Source of the DNA: Macrostomum lignano
Taxonomy: Eukaryota
Assembly (NCBI GenBank): GCA_002269645.1
Contig: NIVC01002324.1
Location: 119,653-183,652, forward strand
Length of the DNA stretch: 64,000 nucleotides
Direction: 5' to 3'
The notes under the pieces are model-generated. The model was not told the DNA's origin. It did no database searches and worked only from the letters and a program-made list of their open reading frames with translations. Below, one piece after another: positions 28,020 to 40,559 of this stretch (its first letter is position 1; every line of letters starts with the position of its first letter). The translations under genes and the position numbers were made by a program.

Positions 28020-28770
28020 CAATACCAAAACACAATACCCAGCCCAATACCCGATACCCATCCCAATCCCCGATACCCATCCCGATACCCAGCCCAATAC
28101 CCGATACCCATCCCAATCCCCTATACCCATCCCGATACCCAGCCCAATACCCGATACCCATCCGAATCCCCTATACCCATCCCGATACCCAGCCCAATAC
28201 CCAGTCCAATACCCAGCCCAATACCAGCCCAATACCAGCCCAATACCAGCCCAATACCCAGCCCAATACCCAGTCCAATACCCAGCCCAATACCAACCCA
28301 ATGCCCGAACCAATAACCTAGCCCAATACCCAGCCCAATACCCAGCCCAATACCCAGCCCAATACCCAGCCCAATACCCAACCCAATACCCAACCCAATA
28401 CCCAGCCCAATACCCTGCCCAATATTCAACCCAATACCCAATCCAATACCAAGGCGAATACCCAGCCCAATACCCAGTCCAATACCCAACCCAATACCCA
28501 GCCCAATACGCAGTCCAATACCCAACCCAATACGCAGTCCAATACCCAGTCCAATACCCAACCCAATACCCAGCCCAATACCCAGCCCAATACCCAACCC
28601 AATACCCAGCCCAATACCCAGCCCAATACCCAACCCAATACCCAACCCAATACCCAACCCAATACCCAGCCCAATACCCAACCCAATACCCAGCCCAATA
28701 CCCAGTCCAATACCCAACCCAATACCCAGCCCAATACCCAGTCCAATACCCAACCCAATACCCAGCCGAA
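28020..28770. repeat. 12-bp minisatellite CCCAGCCCAATA
   Basis: Direct reading; yields spurious GIGL/WAGY ORFs. Confidence 0.92.
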
Positions 28771-29334
28771 GCTTGAAATCGTTTCCCAGCATCGCAGGAA
28801 AACAAGCCCTTGCCCGTGCAGGCATCAATCAGTCAACCAGTCAGTCCGTCAGTTAAATAATGCCACTCCATTGGGTAGATGGTTGAGCTGATCTCTAGCA
28901 GTCAGCTCGCAGGCAGTTTAGAGGGAATCAATGCGCTGATCCGCTATTCCCAAATCCCCAATGCAGTGTCCAGAACATGGGCAGCAGCATGCGCAGGCGG
29001 GGAGGGACCGGCCATCAAAGGAGAAGCCGCCGTCAGTTTATTGACAGAGAGGGCGCGGTGAGGGCAGAGGCTTTTGCCCCTATTGTGTGGTAGCACTACA
29101 CACCGGTTATGACGGCCTCACGTGACGGGCCGCTGGTGGTTATTTACGATCCCCCCGTGACAGGCCGCTTTCGGTCAGTCCCGCCGTGTGCAGTGACACA
29201 ATTGGGGTGGCAGCACTGCCGGTTGTTGTTATCTGCATAAGAGGCGGCTTCAGTTGCACGCCCGTGATCTGTGATTGATTAGGGGGGTCCGACCAGCGTG
29301 TCAGTTGGTGGATTATGCTAGGCTTATGCCAGAC

Positions 29335-30133
<799 letters not shown>

Positions 30134-30861
30134 CCGCAGAGGGACAATGGCAGCGCCAGTCGTAATTGATGGTCAGTCGGCTCATAAAATGAAGGCACGG
30201 GCGTGCTTATGCAGGGGCTAAGAGACTGGAGCCAGTGAGAAGCAGAAGAAAGATGAAGGATCGGCCACAATCTGTCATACTGGGCAACAACCTTTCTTTT
30301 ATAGTCAATTTTATGGCTTTCAGCATTAAAAAACCGGACCCCCTGCGCCAAACAACTGTTGCAGAAAGATACGGCATATGTTATATTCTGCATAACGATA
30401 TCTAGCTGGCGCATAAATCATATTTCTGTACTCGCATTGTGGCCGCATTCCTATTGCAAAGTGGCAATCAATTTCAAACAGAATTCTCGCCTGTCAAGAG
30501 AGGGAGGGCCTGAGAGGGGGTGTAGGTAGCAGCGGGTGCACACAAAATGCGCTTGCTTACTGACTGCCGACAAAAAGAAGAGAAAGACTGACCGACAAAA
30601 GAAATACTACGAATGGGAGATGGAGTGGAAGTATGGTGTGGTACATGATATAGATATTATATACATACTCGATTTTCTTACTAATTAGAACGTATATTTG
30701 TCGCTAGTGCATTTGATGTGCTCAGCTAGCTAGAGAGATCAACATTTTCCTGTGCGGGATTTTCCTGGCAGAATTTGTCTATGGCAAAACACTTAAAGTT
30801 TTCCTAGAGCAAAATACTATAAAAAACCAGCAATACGTTCCTAACCAGCGGTCATCCCGTA

Positions 30862-31056
30862 CAGCAATCTGACGTCGGCAACGTCGCGGCCGAGACGTTT
30901 CCGACGTCTATCGTCGACATCGATGACAGCTGGATATACTTTCATTACACCGCGACGTTTAGCCGACGCATGACGTCTTTATCCGTCGATGTAATGTAAC
31001 GTCGATAGACGTCGGAAACGTCGGCCAGATGTCGCCGACGTCGGCTGGATTTGCTG
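30862..31056. mobile_element. Palindromic CpG-rich MITE-like element
   Basis: Imperfect inverted arms CAGCAA...GACGTTTCCGACGTCTATCG / CGATAGACGTCGGAAACGTC...TTGCTG; many GACGTC motifs; no clear TSD. Confidence 0.5.
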
Positions 31057-32678
31057 CATACAGCCAGCAAACTGCCTTTAGCTCATTTCCCAGGAAAACC
31101 AAGCGTAGCCACCGGCCGTACACCCCTAACAGATGCGCTTTACTGCTCTGAGAGCGAGCTGGTACAAATGAGTATTATCGATTGAGGTGTAAAAAATACA
31201 AAAATTCGAAATACTTCTATATTTTTGTCCGTTTCGGATTAGGCATCCAGCTAGCTACCGGTATAGCTATAAAATCCAGCTACATGTAGTTTGTGATGTC
31301 CGTCTGTTTTGGTCACTCTGGTCCGATCTGATCACTCTGCTTAACGCAAAAAATCACAATACAAAAATAAGGAGAGCCTCTGCTTTGTTTGAGCCAGCGT
31401 AAAAGTTCTACTGAGGCTAATCCGGCCACCGATCGTCTGGGTCTCATGTCTCATGCTTACGTAATAAGTTATTACATTAAGCCTGAATATAAAAATTAAT
31501 TTTCTGAATTTCTTTGTGAGTTTTGATTTTTTAATGTTTTTAACTTATAACATATTTTAATATTCTGAAATTAGACACAAGCTAAGCAACTAATTTTTTG
31601 TTATTGCTCTAAAAAAGTAAAAAATCAAACATTTGCATTCCACGAAACGATAATAATTTAGCCTCGAACTCGAACTCATCATCGACGTTAAAATTCGAAT
31701 ACTGTCTGCGACATGAACCGCTCAAAATGCTCTCCATCTTGAGCAGTTTAAAATTTTCTTTAAGAAGTTTAATCTTTAAGAAGATTAAAATTTTCAAAAA
31801 TATTTTATTTGGCATTCATTGGGAAGTTGGCAAAGATTTTGTCTATTGCATTTTATCTGCTTCTAAAAGGTAACAATTTAAAATTTTAATAAAGATGCAC
31901 TAATTTTGTTTTTTTTCTTTGTAATTATATATATAAAACATTATATAATAATAATTATTTTTAAACTTTATCTGGGTCTAATTGAAATTAAATATCGAAA
32001 TCACTAGTCTAGGCCTACTAGTAGTAGTACCATTACAAAATTGACAGTTTGATGCTTTGCATAAGGTAATATATTTGGCATATATTCATTTATACCAAAA
32101 AAAATTGGTTGTTTCTTTTCTAGGTTACATATAGACTGTTTCAATCTATTCTTTCTATAGCAATAGAAGCAGGCTTTTGTATAATTAAAATTTTAAAATT
32201 TTAAACAGAATCAAAAGCACAATTGTAGAAATTAATTTTTTAAAAAATATCCTATAAAGAATTAATATTTGCTTTAAAGTTGTTTGTAATCTGATGCAAC
32301 ACATTTTACTGACATCTATAAAATAAAATTAAAAGGTACAACTGTGCTAATACTAATAGTATACACAGGCATGTATTCATAAACATGTTCATACCGGGTG
32401 TACTTTCTAGATATGCCACACTCCAGATCATGTAGTATATGCTCAAAAATTTGGGCGTGCATTGGCCTTGCACGCCAAAATTAGGTGTGCATAGTTGGCA
32501 TGCATCACTCCTAAGAAAATAATATGCATACACACCTGGCCTGCACTTTATAGAATCATGCGTAAGCCGTAAAAGTTATTATGAAGTAGAAAAAAGATGA
32601 AAAAAGTTCATTTTGAAGTGCTAATTTCAAGCTTTCTGGTTTTTTACAGCTTATAAAAGAGTATTTAAACAAATCTTT

Positions 32679-32789
32679 GGCAATCTTCAAGTTTCGTTCG
32701 TTTAATTATTTCCGGAATTATTTTCGCCCTCTATTCAAGGGTGGTGGGGGTGGGTGTTGGAATTAAACGAACGAAACTTGAAGAATGCC
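32679..32789. mobile_element. 111-bp MITE, copy 1
   Basis: 29-bp TIR GGCAATCTTCAAGTTTCGTTCGTTTAATT / AATTAAACGAACGAAACTTGAAGAATGCC; flanking direct repeat AAATCTTT; absent from the third tandem unit. Confidence 0.8.
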
Positions 32790-33157
32790 AAATCTTTGCA
32801 TGTATAAACTTTCCTTTGTAAATAGTATCACCAAAAAGCTTTAAAGGCAACAAAATTATTTAAAAATAAGGGTCAATTACGCAATTTAAAAAAGGCCTTT
32901 CATTGTCACAATATAATATGCTCAAAAATTCGGGCGTGCATTGGCCTTGCACGCCAAAATTAGGTGTGCATAGTTGGCGTGCATCACTCCTAAGAAAATA
33001 ATATGCATACACACCTGGCCTGCACTTTATAGAATCATGCGTAAGCCGTAAAAGTTATTATGAAGTAGAAAAAAGATGAAAAAAGTTCATTTTGAAGTGC
33101 TAATTTCAAGCTTTCTGGTTTTTTACAGCTTATAAAAGAGTATTTAAACAAATCTTT

Positions 33158-33269
33158 GGCAATCTTCAAGTTTCGTTCGTTTAATTATTTCCGGAATTAT
33201 TTTCGCCCTCTATTCAAGGGTGGTGGGGGGTGGGTGTTGGAATTAAACGAACGAAACTTGAAGAATGCC
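33158..33269. mobile_element. 112-bp MITE, copy 2 (co-duplicated with the tandem unit)
   Basis: Same TIRs and flanks as 32679-32789. Confidence 0.8.
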
Positions 33270-34164
33270 AAATCTTTGCATGTATAAACTTTCCTTTGTA
33301 AATAGTATCACCAAAAAGCTTTAAAGGCAACAAAATTATTTAAAAATAAGGGTCAATTACGCAATTTAAAAAAGGCCTTTCATTGTCACAATATAATATG
33401 CTCAAAAATTCGGGCGTGCATTGGCCTTGCACGCCAAAATTAGGTGTGCATAGTTGGCGTGCATCACTCCTAAGAAAATAATATGCATACACACCTGGCC
33501 TGCACTTTATAGAATCATGCGTAAGCCATAAGAGTTATAATGAAGTAGAAAAAAGATGAAAAAAGTTCATTTTGAAGTGCTAATTTCAAGCTTTCTGGTT
33601 TTTTACAGCTCATAAAAGAGTATTTAAACAAATCTTTGCATGTATAAACTTTCCTTTGTAAATAGTATCACCAAAAAGCTTTAAAGGCAACAAAATTATT
33701 TAATAATAAGGGTCAATTACGCAATTTAAAAAAGGCCTTTCATTGTCACAATATAAAAAGGTCATTTATTGTCGCTACACCAGCATATTTTTGAGAATGG
33801 GTATGCACTAATTTTTTTTGGCATGCATTTGTAATTATTCAATTTTTGTTCAGGCGTGCACCCAGCATGATCTGGACTATGGTAGATATGCACATCTCTG
33901 TGCCTTGGGGTTGGCCCTCATGGGTGTGAATTGCATAACCCCCAAGCCAATTTTTGTGTAATGGCCCAATGAAATGTGGCCATATATGGAATCAGACCTA
34001 AAAGTTCATGTTGCAAAAGTCAGATGCATTTAACACTAAGCTGCTCTCCCCCCAACTAACAGACCAACTAGTTGATTGTTAAATTTCAACAATCATATAA
34101 ATTCATATTTCTTGCTTCTATGATATTGTTTTTCTGTCACTTTCAGCCAGTTAATTGATTGGCA

Positions 34165-34551
34165 ATGGCGGCTAGTTCAGCAGGACAGAGTGTACAAGAG
34201 AGCTCTTCTGGCACACTCAAGTCCTCAATAGCTCGGTTAGCCAGACTGTTTCTAGGCAGAAAGTCTGGCTCTTCTCGGCAGAAGAAAGCCAAGCAAAAGC
34301 CGGGTGAAAAATTAACAGCAGAGTCTGGTGTTGGTTGCTATGGAAGCTTGGCTAGGCAGCCTGGCCTGTGTCATGATGAAGGAGCCAGCGGCTGCCAAGT
34401 TCGGGCTCAAGCACGCAGCTGGCGCAGTCAGGAGAGTCTGGCATCCGGGGATGGGTGCAGTGATGCTGAATCGACCAACAATTACTATTGCGGCAATGCT
34501 CTGATGTCGCGTTCGGTGCATGCCGACTTGGCTATTGCTGCTGGAGATGAG
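34165..34551 (+). CDS. LZTS/Fez1-family gene, first coding exon (model: join 34165-34551, 36054-36344, 36882-37292, 38221-38442; about 436 aa)
   Basis: ATG GCG GCT opens a GC-rich ORF; donor GAG|gtcaat is weak but phase 0 and compatible with the next exon. The link to exon 2 is inferred. Confidence 0.55.
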
Positions 34552-34689
34552 GTCAATTTTGATTTTGAATTTATTTCAATGAGTTGCCACTGAATGATTT
34601 GTGGAGGGGGTCTTTGCACACTTTATAGGATGCTGCCGTCTGAACTGAATAATCCAGGGAGATACCCACTGAGTAATCCAAATAGATAC

Positions 34690-36030
34690 CCACTGAAGAA
34701 TCAGGTTAGATACCTGCTAAAGAATCAGGGCATGGGAAATACCTGCTAAAGAATCAGGGTATGGGAAACACCCGCTGAAGAATCAGGGCATGGAAAATAC
34801 CCGCTGAAGAATCTGGGTAGGGGAAATACACGCTGAAGAATCAGGGTGGATACCCGCTGAAGAATGAGGGCATGGGAAATACTCGCTGAGGAATCAGGGT
34901 AGGGGAAATTCTCGCTGAAGAATGAGGGCATGGGAAATACTCGCTGAGGAATCAGGGTAGGGGAAATTCTCGCTGAAGAATGAGGGCATGGGAAATACTC
35001 GCTGAGGAATCAGGGTAGGGGAAATTCCCGCTGAAGAATCAGGGCATGGGAAATACCCGCTGAAGAATCAGGGTGGATACCCGCTGAAGAATCAGGGCAT
35101 GGGAAATACTCGCTGAAGAATCAGGGTGCATACCACAGATAATAAAAACACGTTTTTAGTATCTATGGTGGATACCCGCTGGAGAATCAGGGCATGGGAA
35201 ATACCCGCTGAAGAATCAGGGTGGATACCACAGATAATAAAAACACATGTTTTTAGTATCTATGGTGGATACCCGCTGGAGAATCAGGGCATGGGAAATA
35301 CCCGCTGAAGAATCAGGGTGGATACCCGCTGAAGAATCAGGGCATGGGAAATACCCGCTGAAGAATCTGGGTAGGGGAAATACCCGCTGAAGAATCAGGG
35401 CATGGGAAATACCCGCTGAAGAATCAGGGCATGGGAAATACCCGCTGAAGAATCAGGGTGGATACCTGCTGAAGAATCAGGGCATGGGAAATACCCGCTG
35501 AAGAATCAGGGTGGATACCACAGATAATAAAAACACATGTTTTTAGTATCTATGGTGGATACCCGCTGGAGAATCAGGGCATGGGAAATACCCGCTGAAG
35601 AATCAGGGTGGATACCCGCTGAAGAATCAGGGCATGGGAAATACCCGCTGAAGAATCTGGGTAGGGGAAATACCCGCTGAAGAATCAGGGCATGGGAAAT
35701 ACCCGCTGAAGAATCAGGGCATGGGAAATACCCGCTGAAGAATCAGGGTGGATACCTGCTGAAGAATCAGGGCATGGGAAATACCCGCTGAAGAATCAGG
35801 GTGGATACCACAGATAATAAAAACACATGTTTTTAGTATCTATGGTGGATACCCGCTGGAGAATCAGGGCATGGGAAATACCCGCTGAAGAATCAGGGCA
35901 TGGGAAATACTCGCTGAAGAATCAGGGTGGATACCCGCTGAAGAATCAGGGCATGGGAAATACCAGCTGAAGAATCGGGGCATGGGAAATACCCGCTGAA
36001 GAATCAGGGCATGGGAAACACCCGCTGATT
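34690..36030. repeat. Intronic 29-bp minisatellite GCTGAAGAATCAGGGCATGGGAAATACCC with a 290-bp higher-order repeat
   Basis: Block GTGGATACCACAGATAATAAAAACAC recurs at 35221, 35511 and 35801. Confidence 0.9.
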
Positions 36031-36053
36031 TGCAAGCTCCGTCCCCACCGCAG

Positions 36054-36344
36054 CCCGCACTGCCGGACGTCTCCCACTCTGTCGACTGGTTGGCATCGCC
36101 TGCGACCTCCGCGAGGCCTGCGGCTCCGCTGTGTCGCCCCGGTCGCATCGTCGTGATGGATGCCTCCGCCGCCGCGGACGTCGCCGAACAAGCGCGGCCG
36201 CCTCCCGGACGGTCGAAAATTCAACTGGCCGTGGCGGTCAGAGCCAAGGAGCTCGAACTGGAGCAGCTGCGTCGGACGATGGAACAGAACGAAGCGGCGT
36301 TGCAGCTGGTGTTCGAGGAGCGCCGGGCCGAACTGAAGGCCAGG
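36054..36344 (+). CDS. LZTS: LZTS/Fez1-family gene, exon 2
   Basis: Acceptor ccccaccgcag|, donor AGG|gtgagt; encodes KELELEQLRRTMEQNEAALQLVFEERR, resembling the LZTS/N4BP3 motif L.QLR..LDENE..I.QVYEE. Confidence 0.78.
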
Positions 36345-36479
36345 GTGAGTCGCCTCTTGTCTACTCTTGATTGAGGCTTCTGTTTTATGGTTGAAATTTT
36401 CCTGTCAGACCTTGGCATGCCTTTGCTCCTGTTTCTTTAGTTGTAATATGGGTCTGTCCGTCTATGTTTTCTTTCCATT

Positions 36480-36860
36480 TTTTACCTTCCTTTCTTTACC
36501 CGCTTTACCCTCTTTTTGACCCGCTTTTTCACATATTAATCCACTAATCTCGCTTTCCTTCCTATATATTAACCTGTTTTTACTCTGCTTATTCGCTTTA
36601 CCCTATTTTTAACCCGCTTTACCCTCTATTGGCCCGCTCTACCCTAACTTAACCCTTCCTACCCTCTGGTAACCCGCTTTGCCCTCCTTTAACCCGCTTT
36701 ACCCTCCTTTAACTCGCTTTGATCTCTTTTACCCGCTTTGCCCTCTGTTAACCTGCTTTACCTTTTTAACCTGCTTTACCCTCCTTTAACTGGCTTTGCC
36801 CTCTTTTAACCCGCTTTACCCTCTGTTAACCCGGTTTACCCTCTGTTAACCCGTCTTACC
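36480..36860. repeat. Degenerate ~20-bp intronic minisatellite (TTAACCCGCTTTACCCTC)
   Basis: Direct reading. Confidence 0.75.
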
Positions 36861-36881
36861 CTCCGCCCTCAATTCCTCCAG

Positions 36882-37292
36882 CTGGAATTCGAGCGGGCCA
36901 TCGGCGCCGAATTGGCGCCAGCCGTTTCCCAAGCGAACCGGCGCGCTCGCCAATCTGACCAGGCCGCTACGGAGCTGCGCGCCGTCTCCGAGCAGCGCCA
37001 ATCAGAGGCGCGCGCTCTCCGGTCGCGCCTGGGTGAGATCGAGCTGGAGACGCGCGAGAAAGCCGAACTGGAGCGCCGGCTTCAGCTGCAGCTGGCGGAG
37101 CTCGCCGAGTCGCTGGAATCGGCAACGCAGCGGCTGAGGCAGCGGCCGGGCTCGCCCAGGGACGCCGACGCTGTTGCAAGCCGCGCCTGTCAGACCGGCT
37201 GCGAATCCGCAGCCGACTGCGAGCCCCAGTTGGCGGCTGACGAACAGCTGGAAGCCGAGATTGCCGCAGCAAAATTGGCTTTGGAGGAGCAG
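36882..37292 (+). CDS. LZTS: LZTS/Fez1-family gene, exon 3 (coiled coil)
   Basis: Acceptor ttcctccag|, donor CAG|gtagga, phase 0-0; E/Q/R/L-rich heptads. Confidence 0.8.
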
Positions 37293-37319
37293 GTAGGACT
37301 GGGCTTAAGCTGGATAGGG

Positions 37320-38090
37320 ATTCCCCGTTGCATAATATGGATGAGAATTTCCCGTTTCAGAATCTGGATAGATTCCCCGTTTCAGAATCTGGATGGATTC
37401 CCCATTTCAGAATCTGGATAGGGATTCCCCATTTCAGAATCTGGATAGATTCCCCGTTTCAGAATCTGGATGGATTCCCCATTTCAGAATCTGGATAGGG
37501 AATCCCCATTTCAGAATCTGGATAGAGATTCCCCGTTTCAGAATCTGTATGGATTCCCCATTTCAGAATCTGGATAGGGATTCCCCATTTCAGAATCTGG
37601 ATAGATTCCCCGTTTCAGAATCTGGATGGATTCCCCATTTCAGAATCTGGATAGGGAATCCCCATTTCAGAATCTGGATAGAGATTCCCCGTTTCAGAAT
37701 CTGTATGGATTCCCCATTTCAGAATCTGGATAGGGATTCCCCATTTCAGAATCTGGATAGGGATTCCCCATTTCAGAATCTGGATAGAGATTCCCCATTT
37801 CAGAATCTTGACAGGGATTCCCCGTTTCAGAATCTTTATAAGGATTCCCCATTTCAGAGTTTTGATAGGGGTTCCGGGTTTCAGAATCTGGATAAGGATT
37901 CCCCATTTCAGAATCTTGACAGGGATTCCCCGTTTCAGAATCTTTATAAGGATTCCCCATTTCAGAGTTTTGACAGGGATTCCCCATTTCAGAATCTGGA
38001 TAGAGATTCCCCATTTCAGAATCACGATAGGGACTCCCTGTTTCAGAATCTTGACAGGGATTTCCCGTTTCAATATCGTAATAGGGATTC
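37320..38090. repeat. Intronic 25-27-bp minisatellite GATTCCCCATTTCAGAATCTGGATAGG
   Basis: Direct reading. Confidence 0.9.
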
Positions 38091-38220
38091 CCCAGACAAT
38101 TTAGTATGTTTATGGATATTTCTCTGACTCATAAAAGTGGCAATTCTGATTATTCTGTCTTACTCGAAACCCTTAGCAACTAGTTTGCATCCTCAATCGC
38201 TGTCCTTTTAACATTCTCAG

Positions 38221-38442
38221 AGCCGCGGCTTCAGCGCGGAGCGAGACCGCTGGCTCTACGAGAAGCGGCAGGTGCTGGCCTACCAGAAGCAGTTGCAGCT
38301 CAACCTGGTTCAACTGCGCTCCAAAACCACCCGCCTAGCAACCGATGTTGAGCAGCTGAACTCCGAGCTGGCTGAGAAGGAGACGCTGCTGATGCGACTG
38401 CGGGGCCAGGCGGTTCTGTCAGGAGGGGTGTCCGAGCGCTGA
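38221..38442 (+). CDS. LZTS: LZTS/Fez1-family gene, last exon (Fez1 C-terminal motif)
   Basis: Acceptor attctcag|; FSAERDRWLYEKRQVLAYQKQLQLNLVQL matches the LZTS signature F..ER..W..EKEKVI.YQKQLQ.NY.QM; TGA at 38440-38442. Confidence 0.85.
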   Translation, partial: SRGFSAERDRWLYEKRQVLAYQKQLQLNLVQLRSKTTRLATDVEQLNSELAEKETLLMRLRGQAVLSGGVSER

Positions 38443-38451
38443 CCCAAGGAT

Positions 38452-39000
38452 CCTGACACCTCAAATCCCACATCCTGACACCTCAAATCCCGCATCCTGA
38501 CACATCAAATCCCGCATCCTGACACATCAAATCCCGCATCCTGACACATCAAATCCCGCATCCTGACACCTCAAATCCCGCATCCTGACACATCAAATCC
38601 CGCATCCTGACACCTCAAATCTCACATCCTGACACCTCAAATCCCACATCCTGACACTCCAAATCCCGCATCCTGACACATCAAATCCCGCATCCTGACA
38701 CCTCAAATCTCACATCCTGACACCTCAAATCCCACACCCTGACACCTCAAATCCCACATCCTGACACATCAAATCCCGCATCCTGACACCTCAAATCTCA
38801 CATCCTGACACCTCAAATCCCACATCCTGACACCTCAAATCCCGCAACCTGACACTCCAAATCCCGTATCCTGACACCTCAAATCCCGCATCCTGACACC
38901 TCAAATCCCACATCCTGACACCTCAAATCCCGCATCCTGTCACCTCAAATCCCGCATTTTGACACCTCAAGTCCCTTATCCTTACACCCCAAATCTCGCA
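38452..39000. repeat. 22-bp minisatellite CCTGACACCTCAAATCCCGCAT directly after the LZTS stop codon
   Basis: About 24 copies starting ~10 bp after the TGA. Confidence 0.9.
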
Positions 39001-40478
39001 TCTAAATATAAAACTTTTTACGGTTGTGAAGCCCAACTAAATGATTCACCATCCATAATCTCATCTCATGATTCCGTCAAATTGGCATCTCAGCTTAACC
39101 AGATATAAATAATTTATTTAGAATGTGTAATTCTTATATTTATTTTTTATAGATTTGGGTCCAATTTTTTGCTTACAACTCGGTCCACCTCAGAGTATAG
39201 TCGAATTATTAAGCATCTTTTTGATGAAGTCGCATTGTGCAACTCATCCGCAATTATTGGTATAGTTGCGCTGTAACTGATAAGCAAATTACAGTTATAA
39301 TATTCGCGTATTGTACTTCTAGTTGCAGCCGTTAGTAGTCATGTATAGTATGAAAATTCGTTTTTTCAAAAATCAGCAAATACAAATTTTGACTGTGCAA
39401 TCCTTGGAATAATGCACTGTGTGGGCGTGTGGCTTACAGGTCTTCACTGAGATCATTCCCCCTAATGTTTGTGTTTGTTGGCATGATAAACTTCAGTTAG
39501 TTAAGCTTGCTGTTCCAGCCACTGTATTTATTCGTTCAATTCCACCGACTTCCTTTGCCAAGGATGCTCAATAAAGTCTTAGTGTCTACTTGATTTACTA
39601 TTTACATAAGACTTTGTGTTATTAATTTATTGTATGTTTTACACGTCTCTAGGATCTACCCAATTCACACGGGCTATTTATTTTCCTGGTTGCCGTGTGT
39701 AATACCTTAATTATAATTTTTCCAGTTCCAGTTTTCCGAAAATACATGTAGAAACTCTGTCAGGTTATTGATATTTTGTTGTTTCAAAAAAGTATTTATC
39801 GCTTAATTTTTTTCCTGATACAATGTCGCTTCGCTTTATCTAAATAAAAATACATAACCCGTTGTTTACCGCTGTAAATGCTTGTATTGTTGAGTTTTTG
39901 AAATGAATTTTGGTATTGAAATTTAAATCATAATTTTTTATTTGCATTAAATAATTATTTTCTCACAGGAAATCTAATCGAGGGGATTTGTTTGCGAAAA
40001 TTTCGAAAATGCTCTATTGTCTTTTGGACAATCGGATTTGGGTATTTAGTTTGGGAGCGCCGAAAATAGCGCCGTGACGCCTGTCTAAGCTGAGTGACTA
40101 AAGCATTGCAAGTGAGCAAGGAAGTTGGTCCTAATCGCAATTCGCTAAGAGCTTGACAATCGAGTCAAATACAACAAATTGTGTTGTAGACACAAGTAGT
40201 ATTTGATTGCTTGATAGTAATCAAAATGGAGTAAAACTATCAAAAGGCTTATGCTATTTGCCTATTTTGTATAGAATAAAACATATAGTTATAGTTGAAA
40301 CAATGAAGACAATCACGTGAACTATTTAAAAAAACAGTTTTCCGCGAATCTTATAAACTTTTGAGCACCACCACGGAAATTTTACTAGTTAATTATTTAC
40401 GTTTCTAGTTTTCACTGCACTCTTTTCTAATAATAAAATTAACTTCTGGTTAAGGAAACAGTATTAAGTTTTGCAGAA

Positions 40479-40559
40479 ATGCTTTATCGCAAAGGACTTG
40501 TAATGCAGCTTCCGCTGCTCTTTTCTCTGTGTATGCACCAACCTGTGTCTAGGGCAATG
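40479..40559 (+). CDS. GPX4: GPx4-like gene, first coding exon: 26-aa leader plus second Met (model: join 40479-40559, 42338-42417, 44213-44591, 46136-46183; 195 aa)
   Basis: ttttgcag|aaATG...GCAATG|gtaaga; encodes MLYRKGLVMQLPLLFSLCMHQPVSRAM; phase-0 donor fits exon 2; ending on an ATG parallels exon 1a of mammalian GPX4. Confidence 0.68.

Larger units (their letters stand above)
32416..33882. mobile_element. hAT-like non-autonomous element containing a ~480-bp internal tandem triplication
   Basis: TIR CCACACTCCAGATCATG / CATGATCTGGACTATGG (15/17 match); 8-bp TSD TAGATATG (32408-32415, 33883-33890); internal units start at 32437, 32916 and 33396. Confidence 0.8.

Noticed and set aside
31609-31815. 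Short minus-strand ORF (MESILSGSCRRQYSNF...)
   Set aside because: No homology recognised and no supporting splice partner.
34690-36030. Repeat-spacer-like pattern resembling a CRISPR array
   Set aside because: The apparent spacers are identical copies (290-bp HOR), the array lies in a spliceosomal intron, and no cas genes are present. The other minisatellites also lack unique spacers.
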